From Epiperipatus broadwayi (lineage: Eukaryota > Animalia > Onychophora), in assembly GCA_028023455.1 (NCBI GenBank), contig JAQFVV010000011.1, positions 4,216,001 through 4,280,000 of the forward strand: 64,000 bases of DNA, read 5' to 3'. The translations under genes were made by a program, and so were the position numbers. Below the pieces are notes generated by a model. The model was not told the origin of the DNA. It saw nothing but the letters and a program-made list of their open reading frames with translations, and ran no database searches. Shown here one piece after another: positions 11,431 through 23,160 of the stretch (positions within the stretch are counted from its first letter, which is position 1; every line of letters begins with the position of its first letter).

Positions 11431-13239
11431 TTTATTGCCTTAGTAAATATTACTTACGTAATCAATGTGCGTTAAATAAATTTATAATTACAAATTGAAT
11501 ATAAAGTCAATTTATATTTCTTTGCCAAATGAAGAAATCCTGAGATTATAACTAAGTAATAATATTGCAATATGCCATTTAAACTGCATGACTGGAAACA
11601 TGTTAAGTTTTCTTTGTCTTTTAGTCAAATTAATACAGAAATGGTACAAATTATGCATGCACTTGATATGTTATTTTAATTATTTATTTAGTGTTTTGAT
11701 TTTTTTAACTTTGAGATAGAATCATTAATGGTTTTTATTCAGCTATTATAACCATAGATTTAACAATCATTAACTGTATAGTTTATAATTTATGTTAGTA
11801 CACCAGGCTAGTGGTTATTACCTGGTTTGCTACTGAAAGTCATATTGACTTTTTATATATCTATTGAAGGTGCAATTTTCTCAATAACTTAATAATGCAT
11901 TATGGAAAAAAATAAAATATTAAATGCTCCACAAAACTAGTTTAACATAAAAAAATAACAAAGCTAAGAAAATGTAATAATTAGCATAAAATAAAGATTA
12001 AAAAAAAGTAAAGAATTTAAACATTTAAAAATTTATTAATTTTAAATTTATTTATAAATTATATAATTAACCATGTTAGTTTTAAAATTAAAAAGTTTTT
12101 AATGTTCTAAACATATTCTACATAAAATAATAATAATAAAAGAGGTATAATTTTATTTAACGATGATTATTAGATTTTTTTTTTCTTCTGAAAATTGGAA
12201 TCCTTCAGTTTTTAGGGATTGTTTTTCCTAACAAAATAAATATTAATTATCCATAATGTTTTCAAATGTTGATGTAACTATTGATGTTTGTAAAGATGGA
12301 AAAACAAAATATAATTATTTGAATTGGATCAACTTATAATCGTATACACATATGTAAGCGTGCATGTATATATAGTTATACTGATATTAAAAAATGTAAT
12401 TAATATTGTAGATTTAAGTTGAATTCTCTTTTATAATTGAAAGCATTTTTGCATTGAAATAATGCATTTAGATATAATGTAAAAATATAATAAAATTGTG
12501 CCTACCTGAACCTATCTATCAATTCTAAAAATCTTGTACATTAAATTTCCATAATACAGGATTTTTTAATCTATGATAATGAATGATATCATCTGCTAAA
12601 TTCAAAACTTAATATCTGTTTATCATACCCAACCAATATCATTGTATATCTTAAATATTGCATAGAATTGAGAATAAATATGAAATTTTTAAACATTATC
12701 AAAACAATTTAATGAAATAGTGTTTGTGTATCATATAAAATGAGCATTTTATAAATCAAACAGTTATATAAACTTGCTGACTTATGTTACTATTCAACTC
12801 AATTTTTTAAAATAATAATTCTAAGGCTAACATATTCACAGTACACTGTATTTCTGCTGTGACATGTATCAGCCTAAAAATATATATGATTTTTTTTTCT
12901 AAAAAAGAGCAGTCTACACTAATGTATGAATATAAAACTTCGATAAACAAATAATAAAATAAAGCATGTGTGCATCCAAATAAAATCTTTTCCTCCCTTG
13001 AAATGCAAGCTCTTAATCCCAATTAAATAGAAACACATATTATGAAGAAATGAGTAACCAAATATTACATTTCAAATACCAATAAAAGTTTAAATATTAA
13101 GAAATGAAATTTACAATATAATAAATAAATAAAAATTTTCAAATCTAATTAAAATTAGTAATTAAAAAAAATAATTCTAACTTGATTTAAATCAATAAAT
13201 ATAAACATTTTCACTTAAGTAGAGTTTAGAGTTTGAATC

Positions 13240-13620
13240 CAGGTGCAACTTCAGAAATTTGCTTACATTTTTTTGACTTTTGTAGGGTAGTCTGTTTAAA
13301 TTCTTTTCAGATTTTGTTTTCTTTTGAGGGCTGTTTTTACATTGGCAAATTTCTTCTTGCCTTGTGGGTACTTTTCTTCATGACATCTAAAATATTACAT
13401 TTTCACCATTACACATGGAGAGTTTGCATGTAATTGTTTTGTTTGGTCAGTTGTATCGTAAGATTGACAGGTTCGACATCTGGAAACAACACTTTAGAAG
13501 ATGCAGAGGTTATATCTTGTCAGGATTGGCTGCAACTAGTACAATTGGTGGATTTAGCTGCATATTTCAGTGATTTCAGCAACATAGTAAAGCTTTTTTA
13601 TACTGTTATAATGTAAGACT
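13240..13620 (-). mobile_element. Possible LINE ORF1 (zinc-knuckle) relic
   Basis: Interrupted minus-strand translation has Cys-containing RCRTCQSY and CNGE segments followed by a basic tail. Confidence 0.25.
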
Positions 13621-13773
13621 ACTTCACCTTCTATATGGATTACCATAATCTTTTTACTTAACCGCATTTATCTCTTAAACTGCAGGTTAGAACTTAACAG
13701 ATGGGAGCAGTGGGCTTAGTTACTAAGTTTATTTGCAAAAACAGCTGCGTGGACTTAGTAGGCAACTACTAAA

Positions 13774-14344
13774 CATCACATGATCACTATCTCATACTAG
13801 CACATAATTGTTATTAAACAGTTCAAAACAAAGCAAAACTCTCCATATAGTAGTGGAAAACACAATTAATATTTTCAATCCAAGCTCAATAGCTTATATA
13901 GTCATATGGGTCTGAACTCAATTCAGTACCCATACATTTTGGTGTCTTTGACTCTTTAACAACCATAGCCACCACTATCCTATTAGGCAGGATTGGCGTT
14001 AAACCACTAAACATCACATGATCACTATCTCATACTAGCACATAATTGTTATTAAACAATTCAAAACAAAGAAAATATTAATTGTGTTTTCCAATTTCAT
14101 TCTCATAGTTTTGTAGTTAAATAGAGTTAAAAGATGGCTGCTGGAGGGTTGCATTAGATCCTAAGATCTAGGTGCAGTGCTCTCAGATCCAAGGCTCCTC
14201 ACTGATGAAGGCCACAAGCCAGAAACTAGTCTGGGGATATTGGATGAGTAAGCACTAGATAGGGATTTTATGCACAAGCCTTCTGGCATCCATTGATTGC
14301 TCTTGTTAGCACAAGATGGCACTACTATATGGAGAGTTTTGCTG
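13774..14344. mobile_element. Young rearranged RZ1 copy with 17-bp TSD
   Basis: TSD AGTAGGCAACTACTAAA at 13757-13773 and 14345-14361. The minus-strand part is 13774-14071; the plus-strand part 14072-14344 carries the hammerhead. Confidence 0.9.
14187..14245 (+). ncRNA. Type I hammerhead ribozyme (RZ1), intact core
   Basis: ATCCAA-GGC-TCCTCA-CTGATGA-A-GGC-CACAA-GCC-A-GAAA-CTAG-TC^TGGGGA-TA-TTGGAT; predicted cleavage after 14231. Confidence 0.85.
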
Positions 14345-14394
14345 AGTAGGCAACTACTAAATACTGGAATGTTAAATCTCTCCAATGTTTAAAC

Positions 14395-14715
14395 CAGGGG
14401 TCCCCAACCTTTTTGCACTTAAGAGCACATGCTATAATACCGGCCAGGTGGCGGACACCATTTATTTTTTGAATGTAAATTTATAGTTGGATATTGTTAA
14501 TAATACACATAATGTACAAAAAAATATTTATTTCAAAAATATAGTATGTCCTACAATTTGATTACAATATAATACAATAATTTATAAGAAATTTTAAAAA
14601 TTAAATTTATTTGTATCAGTTAAATAATTTTTTATCATGTTCGGATAGTGGCGGGCACACGTAAAATGGTCTGCGGGTGCCATGGTGCCCGCGGGCATAG
14701 GATTAGGGACCTCTG
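14395..14715. mobile_element. hAT (Charlie-like) MITE
   Basis: TIRs CAGGGGTCCCCAACC / CAGAGGTCCCTAATCC; perfect 8-bp TSD GTTTAAAC (14387-14394, 14716-14723). Confidence 0.92.
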
Positions 14716-15637
14716 GTTTAAACCATATCTAATGTATTTTCTCAATGTATGATGTAACTAAGATCAGTCAGCAAAACCTAACTAAGTGCATATTTTCTGT
14801 TTTAATTGTAAACAAAATTTATTAGCTACTTAAAATATATGTGCTAAATTGTTATCGAATTAAACAAATTCTTAAGCAACCTAATTACTATTTTAGTCAA
14901 CTTATAAATAATAAATGAAGTTGATATATTTTCTTTTTTTTTTAATATTATAAATTTTCATTTCATTTTATCAAATTATTTTAATATCAAAATCATTGTA
15001 AATTTTAACTATGAACTCGTTTATGTTCATGAAGAATAAGATTTTACCGAATGTTGGAGTTTTTTCTGTATTTTTAATATATTTTCACATATACAATTTA
15101 CAAATAAATACTAATTATTAAATCTCTACATTATTTTTTCTTTTAATGAATCAAATTTCTTAATTTTTGAGCCCATATTTGAGGTTAGTAAAACAATCTC
15201 ATATTCATTCAAAACTCACTTTTTTCCTCCCTAAATAAACAAAAAATAAAAAATTTGTGTTCTTGAGTGTTATCTCATTAATATTTCTAATTGAGTATTG
15301 CGGCAACTTATCATTCAGTTGTTTTATTAACATTATTAATAACAATGTTATATAGTTGTAAGTTTAATTTGAGAGCAAATTACTTTCATAATTTTTTTGG
15401 TAGAAAAGAAACTTGTCTGATATCATTTGTGAACAAAATGGGTAAAATGGGAAAAATAATGTACACAAGTATTCTTGTTTTTTGATGTTAGACATCGTAA
15501 GAAATTTATATTTTTTTAGCTATAATTTTCTGAGATTTTTAATAAAATCCTTACTTAGTAAAAGTTTAATTTTAAAAACTTAATTTATAATATATGAATA
15601 AACGTAAAAGAAATAACTTTTAATTTTTTTATTTTAT

Positions 15638-15833
15638 CACTAAAACATCATATGATCTCGATTTTCTATGCTTGCTGTTGATACAGTAGCAAACTCTTCA
15701 TACAGCAGTGCCGCCCTGGTGAAAATCTTAGTAATCAATGGATGCAAGAAGGGATTTTATGCACAAACCTTCTTGTATCTATTGATTATTAAGGCTTGCA
15801 CCAGAATGGCTCTACTATATGAAGAGTTTGCTA
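15638..15833. mobile_element. RZ1 fragment as inverted pair of 3' ends
   Basis: A minus-strand family terminus is followed by plus-strand GGGATTTTATGCACAAACCTTC...ACTATATGAAGAGTTTGC. Confidence 0.7.
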
Positions 15834-18118
15834 TTATATTCTTTGTATTTTATAATTATGATTATATTTTGTGAATTTTGTTGCTCTCCTAATATTTTAA
15901 CTTGGTGAAATGTAATTTGTTTGCTTCGTGCAAATTCAAACTATTATGAAGATTGTTTCATGAAGATCTGCATAAAAACTTTTATGGCAGTCATAATAGT
16001 GAAAGGGTATACTGCATGTAAAAAAATTTTTCTCGACTATTTAAAACTGTCATATATACAAACAAATTTCAGAAAGGATTGGGGAATAAAAGTCCTAAAT
16101 GCTGACATATCACTAATTTGATAAATATTAAATAAGTGAAAAATTGAGGAATACTAGAAGAAAAAATCTGTATACACTTTATTGAATATAACTATGTCTT
16201 TGATTGAATTGACCTTAGAGTATGGGTGTATAGAACATTTTCATTTTTTTTAATGAAAAATTGTCATTAGTGCTAGAAGCTACATTTAAAAAAACTATAG
16301 TCAAAGTGACAGCTTTCATATTGGTAAAATAGCTAGGTAGTGTTACCTATTGTTAATTTATCGTTTATTAAATATGTAATGAAGGATGAAAATTGAAGGA
16401 AAATATGTAGATTCATGATTGAGTAAAGAAAATATAAATTATATTAAATACAGCAGTATTTCATATTGATAGAATGGGATCGATTGACATTAAGTCAATT
16501 AAGCCTTTTTCCCTCATTAATGATATAGTTACGAGTTGACATTGTTACTGTTAAAATATGGCAGATTAAAAGTTACTTTTCTGTATTGTTATTTTATTAA
16601 AACAATTAATTAAATATTTTAAAATTCAACTAGGCAGAAATAGTTTCTACAACTTTTTGTGGCAATGTATGTGGAATGAAATATAAACCTTTACTGCTGT
16701 GATGTATTAAACAAATTTTGAGTGGCGCTGTTTACAGAGCATTCCTGTACTGAGAATATTTTTACTAAGCCTGTAGTATTTTTAAACTAAAGAAAGTATA
16801 TATTATTTGGATCATCATATTTCTGATAATCGTACAGTTAATATTTATAATCATAAGAGATATTTCTTTATATGGTGCCAAGTTGAACAAATTATTCAAT
16901 TTTAAACAATAATTGTTGAAATAATCAAACTACTCTTCTACTAATAAATGAAAAGTTATTCCTCTTGAGTCTTTTAATTTTAAATATTAGGATAATGAAA
17001 TAAAAATTAGTTTTCAGCTAATGTAGAACTTTGCTGCTAGTATAAGGTTTTTCTTTCCCTCTTTTTATATTGCCAAACTGAATTGTTACTCAATTTAATG
17101 CTTAATTGTCGTTAACTTATATTTGGAATCAAATATTAAATGTATATCATGCAGGGGTAATTTAAAAACTGCTGCTACAATAAAAATGAGGTTGTTTTTG
17201 TGTGGCATTATGTTTATGACACCATACTAACAATCAAAAATGGAAAGGTATTAAGTAACTTAAGGAAAATTAAGGAACAAAATGGAAAGATAGGATTATG
17301 TTAAATACGGAAAAAACAAGATTATTTGGTAGAGGTTGTAATAACTGATTATCTTAATATAATCTTTGATAGCTTTTGTTTTCATGAAACATTCATTAAT
17401 AACAGAGGATCAATAATTTTTTGGTAGATTGATACTAGGCAGAATTACACTAAAGGCTGAAGGTTTTTAGATTTTTAAATATGAAGATTAAAATTTTTCA
17501 AGCTATAGTATGCTTCTATGATTATGAAAATTACTCTAAGAAAAAGGATTAAAAAAAATATTGATATTTTTTAAAATTATGAACAAGTACATACTAGATC
17601 AAATAGGACTGGAAATTTTTACTTGAAGCAAAAGCTAGATGGAAATTGTCTTAATTTGATAGATAGTCCTTGTAATTAAAGAGCTGTCAAGTTTTAAAGT
17701 TGATAGAACTGTTTTTAGTCGGGCAGAATAGTAAATAGAATAAATAGAAGTTATTCTTGGAAGGTGAATTAGTCAAAGGAGATTGTAGGGTGTTAAATTT
17801 GCTGTAAAGTTGAGCATTTTATTTTTTTTAGAATTTCTTAGTGCATCAATAAAAGATTAATGATGTTAAAACTTGGCTTGCCCAATGGTACCTGTACTCA
17901 TTTTATTAATGCATATACTTCAATGTTAAATTCAGACAAAGAAATTCTATTATTATTATATTAATAGCATTAAAAGGCCAATTTTTTTTCCCTGGAGACT
18001 TTAGCTTCATAATTAATATAGAGATTTAAAGATAGAATTTCAATGACTGATCAATGATAGATAGATTAAAACTGCAAAGGAGATAGATATTCATTGATCA
18101 AGATTACTAGAGTTGTGT

Positions 18119-18480
18119 ATTGAAAGTAATATATGGACATGAAAAATGTCGTCACAATCCTATTGTATCCATCAACTGCATTCTTATAAAAGAATGATGA
18201 TGGTGATATTTTGAACAGACATATTGAAAGTAATATACGGACATGAAAAATGTCATAATCCTATTACATCCATCAATTGCATTCTTATAAAAGAATGATG
18301 CTAGTGATATTTTGAGCAGACATAAAGATTGTTTTGAACATGTTTTGATTAATGATATATGAATTTAGATTTAGTCCCTTTTTTTACAGATGCATTGAAA
18401 GTAAAATATGAAGTTGAAAGATCGTATAAAATCTATCAATGGCATTCTTTTATATTATGACAACGATAATTCGAACAGAT
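18119..18480. repeat. ~104-bp tandem repeat, 2 good copies + 1 degenerate
   Basis: TGAAAGTAATATA(T/C)GGACATGAAAAATGTC...CAGACATA repeats; a third diverged copy starts near 18395. Confidence 0.85.
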
Positions 18481-19734
18481 GAAAATAACAACTCGACAAA
18501 CATATCCAGCTTAGTGAAGTTAAAACATTTATTTGAAATATTAAAAATGGAAAGGTCATGATAAATTATCTGGAAAAGTTTTAAACTATGATCGCAGTCA
18601 AGCTTTCAAATAAGATATATTACAAGTTTCTTTAAGTTTTAAATTATAGTAAATTCTAGACAAGGAAACATATTCACTTGTTGATATTATTAACCACTGG
18701 AAAAAAAAAAACTGCTAAAAAACCACTGATTTTACAACTTATATAAACATTAGCATGTGTTTTTAATTTAATTCTATCATAAAATTATCTGACAAATTTA
18801 AAAGTTACAAGAAAAAAAAATATATAGATGTCCATATTTACAATCGTAAATTCAGGTTGAATTTTTATATGAATTTATTATTTTACAAAGTTTGATAAAT
18901 TTTTGCTGCAACAATTTTTATCTTTCATATATATTTATAGCTTTGCTCGTATTAGTAGAATAAAAATATGGTTTTGCTTGTGTTAGTGGCATTAAAGAAT
19001 ACAAGACAATCTGTAGCTGCTTTGTTTGGCTTGTAGGTTTACATATTATGTACATGAAATAATAATACATGAGTTCACAAAAAATATAACTTTTTGTGAT
19101 TAGTGTATTATCGAATTTGGTCAATTTTTAGGATTTTAATATAAATATATTTCTCACATAATAAACTAATGTTTAACAATGGCTACAAAATTTTTAACAT
19201 TGTTGTATTTTGTTTATGCTCCGCTTGCAAGTAAGAAATTAGATATTGCAAATTACTAAAGTTTTTAAAACAAGTACCATAAAGCAAAACTTCATAGCTT
19301 ATATAATTCTCCACAAAGAAAGTGAAAATCATGCAAAATTCATCAAGATTGATGTAATATTTATAGAGTTATTAAGTAACAAACAAACTTTCATATTTAT
19401 ATAGTGATGAAGTTATATTGAAGATTTTTATGTGACAGTACACCTGCCTACCATCACATTTACCTGGTTATCTAATCTAGTCAAGGACAATTTAAAATTT
19501 TTAGATAATAAGCAAACTTAGCTTTTATTTATTTATTTTCTTTAGTTAGCCTACTCTTAGCTAATTCATTAATTATCCAATTATTAGTCTGTAAACAGAT
19601 ATCTAGGTGTTATTAGCTAGAAAATAAAATGAGGGTGGAACACTAAAATACCACATAAGAGTTAATAAATGTCTTTGGAGTGTTGCAAAAATTACACTGC
19701 AATAGATTATTTAAAGCTGTTTTATATACATATG

Positions 19735-20710
19735 AAATCATAAATTGCCAATAATTAATCGGTTAATAAACAACCGACTTTGAAAATAGATTAATAAATA
19801 ATCATTTTTATAACTTTCAAACCAAACTTCTATTTATTATTTAGGTAAACTATAAATTTCCGATAGATAAGTGTCTTGCAAATGTAAATTACAATAACAG
19901 ACAATGCCTAAATAAACTATAATCTGCAATCTGTTCTCAAGACAATCTCTATATAAAAGATATATTCACTTTTCACCGTAATCTATGATTTTCATATAAA
20001 AAAGCAAACCGCTGATACATAATTGTAATAGACTGTGAATTTTATCTCCCTAAAAGTTTAAACTCCCTTAATAATCATTTTATAACTTTCAAACCCAACT
20101 CCTATTCGTTATTTTTCAGATGATAAACTACAAATTGCCAATAGTGAATTGATTTATAAATGTAAGTCACATAATACTAGCCTCTATATCTAAAAGATGG
20201 ATTACACTTTTCACAGATATTTGCTTGTTTAATGGGTTTGTTTAAATTTCTAGAAAGGTAAAATTTTGAATCTTTATAGATGTGTCAGTATTTTTTTTTA
20301 TATTAAAATCTTAGATCACAGTGAAAGATGAAATTTTAACTTTTATCTTAACAACAGATTGTATGATTTATTTAGGGTTTGACTATTATCATGTGATTTA
20401 TTTATAAACCACCCAAATATTGGCAATTTATATCTTATCTAAGTAAGAATGAATAGGAGTTGGGTTTGAAAGATGTTTAAAAAATATTACTTCCCTTTCA
20501 AAACAGGTTATATTTTTGTTTAAAGAATTTTTATTAAAATTCTAGGAAAGTAAAATTCTCAATATGTTACAGTAATGTGTCAGCATTTCTTTGTCTATAT
20601 TAAAATCTTAGACCAAGGTCAAAGCTAGAAGGTGTTTTTTATCAGTAGAAGTTGTTTTGATAACAGATTATATTATATTCTAGGTTTTATGTAGGTTTTG
20701 ACTTTTAATA
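19735..20710. repeat. Old cluster of direct and inverted ~270-290-bp units
   Basis: ATAATCATTTTATAACTTTCAAACC at 19798 and 20071, with an inverted copy near 20455-20480. A second direct pair starts near 20244 and 20535. Confidence 0.6.
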
Positions 20711-21139
20711 TAATATATATATTATAGCAAATTCTTTTTAGTATTGCTTGCTATATAATGCATTTGTCAGGGGTAATTCTTTAGTATAGCAGTAAAATTA
20801 TACAGGGATTGGATAGCTTTATAATATGAATAAATAATAGAGCCTAGAACAGATATTTTATAGATCATAATATAAAGATGTTGTCTAATATCTACTAGGT
20901 AGTACATTAAAAACAAATAAAAAATAAAGTAAAAGCAAGAAAAAAGTTAATCAATAGTTAGAATTCTATCCTATTACCCCCCCCCCCCCAAAAAAAAAAA
21001 CCTTTCTAAATACAGTATTCAAAATACAGGTTTAAATATAATTTTTATTTCTTCAGGAATAAATTTATAACATTTGTAAGTTATAATAAGTTTGACTTTT
21101 TCTGTATTGTGAATAAAAACCAATGTTTCTATTTATGTA

Positions 21140-21410
21140 TACTGAACGATGATAAAGATATATATAGGAGATTGTGATCTGGGCTAACTAATGAATGCTG
21201 GTTCAGCACGAAATGTGCGTCTTGGGGATTTTACATCTTTTTCGCATGTCTTTGGATATATGTTTATGATTACATCCCTCCACAAGGTGTTAAAAGTGGA
21301 TAGAAACCAATCCCTACCTTGTGTGGGAATGCTGTAATGAAAATTACACGACAGAAATATTTATTAAGTGGATGAATGACCAATAAAAAATATTCATGTT
21401 TTAATACTTT
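21140..21410 (+). mobile_element. RZ3 hammerhead element copy
   Basis: Homologous to 56320-56580. The hammerhead at 21184-21225 reads CTAATGA-ATGC-TGGTTCA-GCAC-GAAA-TGTGCG-TC-TTGG. Confidence 0.8.
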
Positions 21411-22059
21411 TATCTTTAGCTGGATTATAAAAGATTAAGAACAGTAATATCTAAAAATTGTTCCCATGGTGTTTTTTTCCCTCAAAATCATTTAATTTGT
21501 AGTATTTTTTTTTTTTTAGTGCAGCATTAGAGCACCAGAATCTGAGTTCATGGATTGCATCTAATTGCATTTCTGGTACTTGAACTATCACAAATTCCCA
21601 AGCAATAAAGCTATTCAATTATTCAATATTCATCATAGATGTCAATGAAGCGTTAGTATACTTTCAGTACTAAAGTTATTTGGATGATTTTCATATCTGA
21701 TATCCATATTGATAATCACTATTTGCAGCCCATAAGTTCGATATGTAATTCAGAATTAGGTGATAATGACATTCCTTTTATTGAAAATAAAAAAATAAAA
21801 TATTGACTTAATTATATGACTCATTCATCATAAATATCTGTAATAAAAAATGGTTGATATTTAAGGTTCACAAAGGTTTTTCTATGATCTGTTAATATAT
21901 CTGCCATTCATCTGTCAATAAAAGGGGAGTCTTTTGGAAAATAACTTTTTAAATCCCAGAATCAGCAAAGTCTGAGCAGTAATATATATATAATAAAAAT
22001 AGTCATCAGTTGATTCTCATGTAAATCTATTTCTAAGTTGATCTATCTTAACTTAGACA

Positions 22060-22580
22060 GAAAAATGGATCAGCATGTTTTAGATATGGATGTGTATTCG
22101 TGGCTCATAGATTGGTTTGTATAGTCCTTGCAAAATTCTTTTCTAGAGTAGTTTTGTTTTCTCTTCTTTTGGGGAAGGTTGTAATGGCCGTACTCATTTT
22201 GAGTGGCTTTTTATTATTATCTCATTACTGGTTGTCTTATCTTTCCCAATATCATTTTCTTTTCTAATGAGTTAGATTCCTTTATATGGCCAAAATAGGA
22301 CAATTTCATTGTGGTCATTTGTATTCCAAGCAAGAGTTCAGGTCTTGTCTTATCATTTATTTACTTAATCATTTTCATTACTATCCATGTAATTGTCAAA
22401 ACTTTTCATCAATATATAATAACACCGTTCCAATCTTTTTATGGTATCCAATTTTCACATTCTCAGTGAGTCACCAGAATCACGATAGCTTGGATAATTT
22501 TAAGCTTCATTTTTGAAAATATGTTTTATATCTAAAAATCTTTTATAAGTTTTTCAGTGCAGCTCTGTCTGGTATTAATC
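22060..22580 (-). mobile_element. Degraded RTE-BovB-type LINE 3' region
   Basis: The minus translation contains KLKIIQAI and MKLSYFGHIKESNSLEKKMILGKI (cf. LKYFGHxMRRxDSLEKxLMLGKIEG). Confidence 0.7.
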
Positions 22581-22608
22581 TGCAACGAATATTCTGGCTT
22601 TTGGATTC

Positions 22609-22642
22609 TTTGTTGAAGATGAATCACCCGAAACGCTCCAAA
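22609..22642 (+). ncRNA. Decayed Penelope-type minimal hammerhead
   Basis: TTTG-TTGAAGA-TGAATCACCC-GAAA-CGC-TC-CAAA: stem I TTTG/CAAA, C3 mutated, weak stem II; AATAAA follows shortly downstream. Confidence 0.35.
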
Positions 22643-23029
22643 TAGATAATAAAAAACAAACACAAATAGAAATATAATTTATTATGTAATTTTGATTACA
22701 AATATTTGTATTTTAATAATTTGCATTGTGCTGTTATTCTAGTAATGCAGCTCGAGGTATAATGATGATGCAGATATACATATATGATGGAATCTGAACT
22801 CCCATTTATCTCAATAATACTATAATCCCCTTATCACATCTATAATGTCGATTAAACAAGTGATAACTTTTGTTTATGAATAAGTTGTTATATAGAAAAC
22901 AAATATTATTATGATAAATATTGGATTGAAATTTTTGTCTGACTGAATATATCTAAATTAATTTGTAATATCAATCACAATAAATTTGTATACTAGTTGG
23001 GCCAAAAAAAATTTTTTAAGGAAATAAAA

Positions 23030-23160
23030 AGGCATATGGTTTTATTGCTTTGGAGTTCATAAGAAGTTTGAGTGTCAGACCTGTGAGTTCCAGAATCAAT
23101 TCTGGGTCCTCCCGATCCTAAACCAGATGGTCTATCTACTGCACCAGACCACACAGAGCT
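23030..23160 (-). mobile_element. Short tRNA-derived SINE (tRNA-Pro-like head)
   Basis: The minus strand has A-box-like TGGTGCAGTAG, TTAGGATCGGGAGGACCCAG, and a tail AAACTTCTTATGAACTCC..AATAAAACCAT shared with copies near 33060, 47555 and 48400. Confidence 0.6.

Noticed and set aside
18014-18037. TAT AGA GAT TTA AAG (YRDLK) as a kinase catalytic-loop exon
   Set aside because: There is an in-frame TAA immediately upstream and a stop shortly after; the sequence continues IEF rather than PEN.
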